From Chrysemys picta bellii (taxonomy: Eukaryota), in NCBI RefSeq assembly GCF_011386835.1, contig NC_088812.1, positions 3,286,001-3,350,000 on the forward strand: a DNA stretch of 64,000 nucleotides, in the 5' to 3' direction. Of the stretch, positions 56,063 through 64,000 are shown in pieces. How positions within the stretch are numbered: the stretch's first letter is position 1; each line of letters begins with the position of its first letter. Under the pieces are notes generated by a model, which was not told the DNA's origin, ran no database searches, and worked only from the letters and a program-made list of their open reading frames with translations. The position numbers and the translations under genes are program-made.

Positions 56063-57822
56063 ACCATGATAGGGTATGATATCTTTATTCCGTTCATTAT
56101 TTTGTATCCATCTACGGTGCCCCCTTAGGCTCGGGCTTTCGAAAGCACTTTTACTTGGCAAATGTCATAGAGGTTTTTCAGTGGGACTGTGCTCCGACCG
56201 CAGACCTGCTTTATACACAGACTGGGTACTGGTATCACCTTTTATTTAAACAGGTATTGCTACTCCTGTCCAACCTCTAGCAGAACTGCGATGACAGGCT
56301 TCCTCCACTTCCCACGTGGGAACAGCGATGCTGCTAGAAACACCTTTACAGAACGGCAGCTGGACTACGGAGGGTTGTACCACTTAAACTATGGTGTGGT
56401 ATTTAAAGTGGCACAACTTTCTAGTGCATTCAGTTTCCATCCCTCGTAAGTCCTTCTCACTAGCAATTCCGAGGGCTTGGCTACACGTGGAATCGTGTCA
56501 TAAGCCCAGATCTTCAAGGGTACTTAGGGGCCCAATGCCACTGATGTCAGGGAGCACCTGGGCTGTGATTCAGAGCTCTTCTCGTCTGACCTCCCGTATA
56601 GCCCCAGCCCTGGATGAATTCCTGTTTGAACCAGAGCAGCTCGATTTAAAGCTTACCCCAGCTGGAGAATTCCCCGCACTCCGGGGCAAGTCATTCCAAT
56701 AGTTAATTACCCTCCCTGTTAAAACCGTGCCCCTGAATGTGTCTAGCTTCAACTTCCTTCCGGCTGCGGGCTCTGGTGAGAGAGCGGGAAGAGCCCCTTA
56801 GCTGTACGAGGGTGATTGAAATAATTATTATTCCAGGATTGTTTCCCAGGTGGCCACTTGTCGGGCGGGTGGGCAGCAAGACTATGGCAGAACAGAGAAG
56901 GTGGTAAGCGGTATCAGAAGTGGAGCCCATGGACCTATGAAAAGGCGGGGGGGGGGGGGGGGAGGCAGGCAACTGCCCCCCTTACTCCATAGGGAATGAC
57001 ACCCCTGACTCTCCTTGGTAAACATCCAACCCAACGGGGGCTAAGCCCTGAGCATTGTTTCTGGGGTGAATCAACTGGGGATTGCCACACACATTCCCCT
57101 ATAAGCAAACAAAACCTCCCTCCAGTGAGGTTATAACTGGGCTTTGAGTCACTCACGCTGCTGCCGCCTCCTAGCGGTCCCCATGGGAAGTGCACCCTTG
57201 CCAGCTGCAAAGCTGCCATTCTGAGCGTGATTCCTTGCTCTGCAGCTGGGCCCTGGCTCGCCCAGCTGCTACCCGCGAGGGAGGATTTTGTTTTTCAACC
57301 GTGCGAACACCTGCTCTGCGTGAAGAGGGGTCTCCCAAGCCGGCAGCCCAGCTGCCGGAGTTGCGAGGAAACCAATTTTGCTGTTTGATCAGGAGAGCTG
57401 TCCCAGCTGTGTGAAACAGCTCCGGAAATATGCCAAAGGGATGGGGGCGGGGGGGGGGAGTGAAGTGTCTAAACAGCTCAGAGCGTGGGGAGGAAAACCT
57501 CTGTCCTCGGAGCTGTGAAACGCTTTCGAAACAGTCACCAATTTCTGTTCCCAGCTACCCCCCTGAGGCAGCGAGAGGGGAAGTAACTTGTCAAGGCTAT
57601 GCAGTGACTCAGGAGGGAAGAGGAACTGGCTCGGCAATTAGGGTACGAACTCAGCACAGGAGAGGTCCCTGCTCTGCCTCAGACTGCCTGTGTGACATGG
57701 GCAACTCACTTAACCATGCTGTGCCTCAGTTTCCCCATCCCTAAAACAGGGATCCTAGCACTGCCCTGCCTCACAGGGCCATGTGTTAGGATAAATACAT
57801 TAAAAATTGTGAGGGGCTCAAA

Positions 57823-57985
57823 TCATAGAATCTCAGGGTTGGAAGGGACCTCAGGAGGTCATCTAGTCCAACCCCCTGCTCAAAGCAGGACCAATTCCCA
57901 GACAGATTTTTACCCCAGTTCCCTAAATGGCCCCCTCAAGGATTGAACTCACAACCCTGGGTTTAGCAGGCCACTGCTCAAACCA
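57823..57985 (-). mobile_element. Tortoise Pol III/SINE (Cry-type; tRNA-Lys-derived head with CR1 3' tail)
   Basis: The minus strand reads tggtttgagcagtggcctgctaaacccagggttgtgagttcaatccttgagggggcc (tRNA-like, B box GAGTTCAATCC) followed by ggttggactagatgacctcctgaggtcccttccaaccctgagattctatga (CR1 tail). This family is characteristic of cryptodiran turtles. Confidence 0.85.
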
Positions 57986-58099
57986 AAATATCTCAGGGAT
58001 GGGGCCCTGTAAGTACCTAATATAGGTAGAACCCAGGAGTCCTGGCTCCCAGTCTTCCCTACTCTTACAATATGAGGAAAGGTTTAAAAAAAAGGGGGG

Positions 58100-58400
58100 G
58101 GGGAGCAGGTTTAGTCTCAAGGAAAGAAGACTGAGGGGGACCTGACAGTCTTCAAAGCTGTTCTAGAGGGGAGAAGTTGTTCATGTTTACTGAGGGTAGG
58201 ACAAGAAGTAACAGGTTTAATCCGCAGCAAGGGAGATTTAGGTTAGATACCAGGAAAAATGTCCTGCCTCTTGAGTTAGTTACGCTCTGGACTAGGCTTC
58301 CAAGGGAGGAATCCAGTCTTTGGGGGCTTTTAGGAATGGATTGGCCAAACACCTGTCAGGGCCAGTCTCAGTTTACTTGGGCCTACCTGAGCAGGGAGGG
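58100..58400 (+). mobile_element. CR1 3'-end fragment
   Basis: ORF 58177-58539 begins EGRTRSNRFNPQQGRFRLDTRKNVLPLELVTLWTRLPRE, a CR1 ORF2 C-terminus. Confidence 0.75.
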
Positions 58401-59437
58401 TGGGGGGAGGGGCTGTCCAGCTCTACGCTTCTGGGATCACATTTTCTCCTCTGAAGCAGAGAAAGCAGCAAACACTCAGCAGGATTCTTTGAGTGTACGG
58501 TGGTGGTCGGAGCAGGGGGGATTGGGGAGTGGGATCTAGTGGCAGGAACAGGACCAGAAATCAGGACTTTGGGTTCTATTGCCAGCTCTGGGAGGGGGGG
58601 ATCTAGTGGTTAGAGGAGGGAGCGCAGGAAGTCACCGCCCAGGCTCTATTCCCACTTTAACGTGCTTGCCCTCTCTGCGCCCCATTTCACTTGCCCGTAT
58701 TTACTCAGGAGTAACAGTGCTACCCCAAGCTGGCGATCGGGGAGCAGGACTGCAGGGGACGCTCTAGGGAAGGGCAAGCATCCGGTTACACCCTTGCCAT
58801 GTATGAGTCAGTCTCCAAATTTGGAAGAAAGTGCAGCTAGGTGCAGAGAGTGCAGGGAACTGGCCATGGACAGGTATTTTACCTGTGAAAGATCAGTGAA
58901 TCTCACCTCTTCCTAACAAAATTGTGCTGCCCCTTGAGGTAGGGAACGGAGGCTAGTGGATAGAGCACAGGCCTGGGTGTCATGAGACCTGGATTCTAGT
59001 CCCTGACCTGCTGCGTGACTTTGGGCAAGTCCCTTCTCCTCCAATGCCTCGGTTTTCCCCATTTGTAAAACGGGGGTAGAGATACTGACCTCCTTTGGAA
59101 AGCTATTGGAGACCTACCGATGAAAAGCCCTAGCTAAGAGCGATTTTACACACACACACACGTCACTTGCCCACTGCTGAAATGCAGCCACCACTGGGCT
59201 GGAACGTGACTGCTGTATAACAACCCATAGCAACAGCTCAAGACAAAGTTAAAAGGGCATCCTAGTGAACTAACCCCACGGGGGGACAGATTTGGGGGAG
59301 GGGAAAAGCAAGACATCTCTTAGAAGCACCAGTGGTCTCTAAGGCACGTTTGTGGTCAGGAGAGACATTAGAACCTTCTGGGATCAGAAGTGGCTGATAA
59401 AGAAAAGTCCCAAGTAGCCAAGGCCCTGCTCAGAGCC

Positions 59438-59443
59438 TTTAAT
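59438..59443 (-). terminator. Candidate GADD45GIP1 polyadenylation signal (ATTAAA on the minus strand)
   Basis: TTTAAT on the + strand, about 620 nt downstream of the GADD45GIP1 stop codon. Confidence 0.4.
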
Positions 59444-60061
59444 TTCAACATACAAAGTACAGGGATCTCAGGTTGCCGGCTTGGTAGGGACAGAACTGGC
59501 TGAGAAAGGAGCCTAGTGGTTACATTGCTAACACAGTCACCATGCGGTCGTCACCCTCTCTCCGATAGCAGCATTCACTCGGGAGCCCCGGGGCTCTGCA
59601 AGGTAATGCCACAACGTATCATTCCCAATCTGAAGCGGGGGGAGGGGAGCCTAGGGCTTGCGAGCAGGACCTTCCAATGACCTCCCTCTGCCCTACTCAA
59701 ACTCCACGAGGTGGCCCGTGCACAGATCTGAGTCCAGCTGGGGGTGTTTGAAGAACCCAGGCCGAGCTGGCTGGTTGTACACGCAGGGAGGGAGGCTGCC
59801 CGCACCCCCTGCCACACTCCAGGGGACAGCTCCTACACTGGGGCTGACCTTGCAGTGCAGTGCCCATGGACCCAGCGCTTCACCCTCGCCCCCTAATTAG
59901 AGTAACTGGTGGTGTTGACTTGCTGCTCTGAGAAGCATGATTGGCGTTCCAGCATGAGCCAGCTCCCTGCTCAGCCCCCGTCTAGCACGCACTGGGAACA
60001 GAATTTAGCTCAGTGACAACCAGCAGTGACCCAATCGGAGGCTCCTAGATCACGTGCCCCC

Positions 60062-61146
60062 CTAGGCTGGTTCAGCCGCCTCAGCTGAGACAGGAACAGG
60101 TTCTGGGTCAGCGGCGGCGGCAGCTATCTTCTTTGCCTCCTCCTTGAGCTGTTTCTTCTTCAGTTTGAGCTCCTTGCGCTGTTTCTTCTCCATCTCCTGC
60201 ACCAGCTCCTGGAACTTGGCACTGCGGTGGTCCACCTTGTGGCCAAAACGCTCCTGGGCCTCGGCCAGCAGCTTCGCCCGGCGGGCCTTGTCCTCCCGCT
60301 CCTTCTCTTTGCGTGCCGCCTTCTCCCGCCGCCAGTCCTCGATCATCTGCGGCATCTTGGCCATGTTGGCGGCAATCAGCTTCTCTCTGCCAGGAGGGCA
60401 AACAACAAGCCAGCCGTGAAACACCCACCACCGCAGGGGGGAGACTCTTTGCATCTCTACTGCCACTGCTGCCCCCAAGACTTGCACTGTAATTTGGGTG
60501 GGTGACAGAGGTCACCATTCCCTTTGCCTGAGGGCGGGTCTTGGGCCTGGAGACCTTGCTCATAGGAGTGGGGCTGGAGCAATGTGTTTGGGGATCACAC
60601 CCCAAAGAGGGGGGTCATCATCCCAGGACTAGGGTTAGGTTCCAGCATTTCCCCCACCTCTGGAGTAGAGTCCTCCCTCCCCAGGAACTGGGTCAGGTTT
60701 GGGGGTCCCTCCTTCTCTCCAGGAATGAATCACGTTTCAGAGCCCCTCCCACGGCAGTCAGGACCCAGACCTCCGCCCCCCAGGTCTGGCCCCCTCCGCA
60801 CCTCTCCACCCGCTGCCTCTCCTCCTCCTGCTCCTTCTTGTCCAGCGCCGCCTCCATCTCCCTCAGCCCGGGGAACCACTCCCTCTCCTCGGCCTCCAGC
60901 TCCTGCAGCTTCTCGGGGCCGGGCCAGAGCCGGGCCGGGTCCCACGCCGGAGGCCGAGCCGTGGCGCCCGTACAGCTTGGCCTCATAGGCGGGCTGCAGC
61001 TGCCACACGGGCGTGAGGGGATCGTCCGGGTCCGGCCGGTACACGCCGCCCGGCTTGCGCCGCGGGGGCGGGGCGTGATAGGAGCGGGCGGCCGGGACCG
61101 CGGCCCGGAGCAGCCCCTGCCACGCCCGCCGCATGGGCGCCGCCAT
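60062..61146 (-). CDS. GADD45GIP1: GADD45G-interacting protein 1 (CRIF1 / mitoribosomal mL64), 2 exons: 61146-60802 and 60386-60062. As written, exon 1 has a +1 frameshift (see findings); corrected product is 222 aa.
   Basis: Arg-rich mitochondrial presequence followed by PDPDDPLTPVWQL...YGRHGSASGV; then, in a shifted frame, DPARLWPGPEKLQELEAEEREWFPGL; exon 2 gives EKLIAANMAKMPQMIEDW...ERFGHKVDHRSAKFQELVQEMEKK. GT donor and AG acceptor have matching phase 2, and the gene is syntenic with RAD23A. Confidence 0.96.
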
Positions 61147-61510
61147 CTTAGACTGTCACGTGACCTCGCCGGGCGGGTCCTGCTAGCAGTAGCTAGGGCT
61201 GCCCAGAGAAGCGCCTGACACCCCGCCCCGCTGACCGGAAGTGGGGAGATGGCGGCGGAAGTTGGTTTGGGGGCAGGCTCAGAAAGACCGGAAGTGGGCA
61301 TTGGGGACCGGAAGAGGGGTATTTGGGAGGCAGTGAGGGCCGGAAGTGGGGCATTTTGGGGCAGTGGGGACCGGAAGAGGGGTCTTTGGGAGGCAGTGAG
61401 GGCCGGAAGTGGGGCATTTTGGGGTATTGGGGACCGGAAGAGGGGTCTTTGGGAGGCAGTGAGGGCCGGAAGTGGGGCATTTTGGGGCAGTGGGGACCGG
61501 AAGTGGGGCT
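61141..61510 (-). promoter_or_regulatory. GADD45GIP1 promoter: YY1 site, palindromic E-box and a tandem array of ETS/GABP sites
   Basis: CGCCATCTT (61141-61149) overlaps the start codon; GTCACGTGAC at 61155-61164; CCGGAAG at 61235, 61288, 61308, 61340, 61371, 61403, 61434, 61466 and 61497, the distal ones within a 63-bp tandem repeat. Confidence 0.82.
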
Positions 61511-61693
61511 GAGGGATTCAAGGGGCCACATGGGGGGATTTACCCCCAAACTGAGGTGTCTCCTCACCATGCCCTGGAACCAGCGCGCCGTCGCCTAGTA
61601 ACGTGGTGCTGAGTTGAGACAAAGGGCCACGAGTCAAACCCGGCGCCGAGTCAGTGTCACGTCCAGGCGACGTGTCGTCAGGTCACCCACACG

Positions 61694-61858
61694 TAGGGCG
61701 GCCACCTCTGAGCAACAAAAAACCCAGGCAGCCAGGCTGGGCCTGAGCCCACAGAACCGGCCAGCCGGCAGCGTGTGCTCTGCGGCCTCACAGACCTCGC
61801 CGACCAGCCACCGCCACAAAGGGGCGACCCGGAGAAAACCTGGACAGGTGGCAACCCC
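61694..61858. mobile_element. Putative ~165-bp MITE with imperfect terminal inverted repeats
   Basis: The left end TAGGGCGGCCACCT and right end AGGTGGCAACCC are near reverse complements (TAGGGTTGCCA-type termini). Confidence 0.45.
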
Positions 61859-62964
61859 TCCCCCCAGAATGGGTTACATTTACATTAGAACATGGCATGA
61901 CCTCAGCCCAGGGCACTGGGTCAGAAAGTGGCCTTGGAATGACAGGCAAGCACCCAGACAATGGGATGGCGCCAGGTGCTGTCTGAATGTGGCACCAAGA
62001 TGAAACACCATCACCTCGTGGCACAATGAAACAGCATTGGAGGGACACTTTGCAACCTTACGGCCTCATGCCACGCCCTGGCTTCGATACACGGTGTCCA
62101 GATGAAATACCAGCTCGCTGGTGTCTAGTTGAGTGGTCGATGCTCCACAACAGTGCCTCACGAGACAAAGTGACAATGGCACGTTGCAATGTTGTTGTTA
62201 TCTGACACCCTGCGATGCAAGCTGACAGTGTAGTGCCAAAGTATGCCACATCAAGAACCAGCATTTCAGGGTCTGAGATACTGGGGTGTTGGAGTATCCC
62301 AACCTCAAGGAGAAATGTGAAGGACTTTAACCTTTATGACCTCACAAAATGTCACTGTGTCATATCTTGTAACCTGATGGATACGCTTGTTTCCCACCCG
62401 GGATTGCAGTTCCTGCCATGACCAGCTCCTAGGTGCCACCTCAGCCAGGAAGAAACAAACCCCCACGCTCAGCACAGCTGGTACCAGCTTGTCTAAGGAA
62501 GTTTACCGGTAAGGCTCCGATTCAGGGAACCCCAGAAAAGTTTTGTGTTGCATTTCTTCTGCCATAACACACAGGACAGATGCACATGTCCCCCCCCCCC
62601 ACACATACACACCCACACCTGCCCACACACCCACCCACACAGTTGGGCCTTTGCAAATGGGTCATCAACTCCACTCTAGCACCCTGTGTATAGCATCATT
62701 GGAGCTTCATCCAATGCCGTTCTAAGGGAAAGTGATGTCACAGTGGCAGCACAAATCCAGTGTGAACTGTCAGGGCGCATCTACACTGGGAAATTTACCG
62801 GCATAACTATACAGATATAATTATACTGTTATAGATCTACCCATATAACGCCTGCTTCCAAAGCGACATAGCTAAACTGGGAAAAAATACCCTCTTATTT
62901 AGGAATAAGAGTGCCTGCACCGGGAATTATATGGGGAGAGCTATAGCGGTATAAATATAAATTA

Positions 62965-63430
62965 ATAGATTATAAAGCCAGATTGGGCCTCTATGATCGT
63001 CTTGTCTGATGATCCTGTATAACCCAGGCCATAGAATTGCCCTGAATTAATTCCTTGTTGATTTTAGAGCATCTCTTTTAGAAAAACATCCAATTTGATT
63101 TTAAAATGTACAGCACTGGAGAATCCACCACAAGGCTTGGTAAATTGTTCCAATGATTAATAACCCTCACTGTTAAAAATTAGTGTCTTATTTCCAGTCT
63201 GAATTTGTCTAGTTTTTCAACTTCCAGCCTTTGCTAGACCTTTGACTTCTAGATTGAAGAGCCCAATATCAAAGTTTTGTTCCCCAGGCAGGTTAGGGTG
63301 CCCAGATGTCCTGATTTTATAGGGACAGTCCTGATTTTGGGGTCTCTTTCTTATATAGGCTCCTATTACCCCACACCCCATCCCGATTTTTCACATTTGC
63401 TGTCTACCTAAGGCAGGTAATTATAAACTT
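62965..63430 (-). mobile_element. CR1 3'-end fragment, interrupted by a MITE at 63294-63410
   Basis: Similar to the CR1 segment at 2600-2880 (ggagaatccacca...ttccaatgattaataaccctcactgttaaaaa...tctgaatttgtctag). Confidence 0.75.
63294..63410. mobile_element. Short non-autonomous DNA transposon (hAT-type MITE)
   Basis: Starts TAGGGTGCCCAGATGTCC, a TAGGGTGACCA-type terminal repeat, and has a decayed right end. It interrupts the CR1 fragment. The family assignment is from memory, not from a search. Confidence 0.5.
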
Positions 63431-63959
63431 AAACGCCGGTAAATTTCCCCAGGTAGACGCGCCCTTAGTGTGTTGATTTCCCTTCCTAGATATTTTGTCC
63501 TTCGCTCTTCCACTTACTTCCTTTAAGGTTTTCTTCCTTCTACCTATTATGAAACTAACAATGGAACAATGGCTTTCCCCTCCTCCTCCCCACACCTTAT
63601 TTTGAGCAGCCTCTGGAAAGCTAGGTCGAGTTTTATGAGTGAGTTTTATATACATATTGGGCTGTGGGAACAATTATTTCTCCCCATAAAACCCAGACTG
63701 ACATGCCGTGGTTTGTTTGCTTTGAGCCTGATGACTTTTAATGAGACACCAGAACCACTGTGCTGGAAAAACTGCGCCTTTCTATCGGAGATCCCTGTGC
63801 TAAACTGATCCAAACTCAGCCTCCCCCATCCCCCCGCAGGTCTATAATTAGGATCTGATCGCCACACAGCCCCCTCCAATTCAGTGTTAACTCATGTCAG
63901 GAATTTTCTCGCTCTCCGTTTACTTGTATTGGTTTTAAGTGCTGGATTAGTTGGGAGGC

Positions 63960-64000
63960 GGGTGAGCACCCGTGGTCGTTAAAGATCCCAGGGCACTTTT
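63960..64000 (+). mobile_element. Deu-domain SINE (AmnSINE-like) fragment cut by the window edge
   Basis: gtggtcgttaaagatcccagggcactttt resembles the conserved Deu domain. The match is short and made from memory. Confidence 0.4.

Noticed and set aside
61249-61598. Divergent gene starting at GAGATGGCGGCG opposite GADD45GIP1
   Set aside because: The ORFs are translations of the 63-bp promoter repeat, the ATGGCG is better explained as a YY1 motif, and no DAND5-like sequence was found up to the window end.

Overview
This is a GC-rich vertebrate genomic window, almost certainly from a cryptodiran turtle (a tRNA-Lys/CR1-tailed tortoise SINE, CR1 LINEs and MIR-type SINEs are present). Four spliced protein-coding genes could be rebuilt by hand with canonical GT-AG junctions: CALR (+, 9 exons), RAD23A (+, 9 exons, intact, 368 aa), an intact 18-exon TTC39A-like gene (+, 567 aa) with no counterpart at the syntenic human 19p13 locus, and GADD45GIP1 (-, 2 exons). 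CALR exon 2 and GADD45GIP1 exon 1 each carry one extra base that frameshifts an essential gene, most likely consensus errors. The most striking non-coding structure is that many introns consist almost entirely of motif-bearing minisatellites. Three arrays hold 27 CTCF-like motifs in forward/reverse/forward orientation. A ~25-copy, 73-bp array of tRNA-like SINE heads retains Pol III A/B-box geometry. Ten splice-donor/E-box units lie upstream of the TTC39A-like start, and ETS/GABP sites are phased every 31.5 bp in the GADD45GIP1 promoter. RAD23A intron 1 contains an 84-bp-stem palindrome with a decayed hammerhead-ribozyme core. All coordinates and copy counts were made by eye and no database searches were run.
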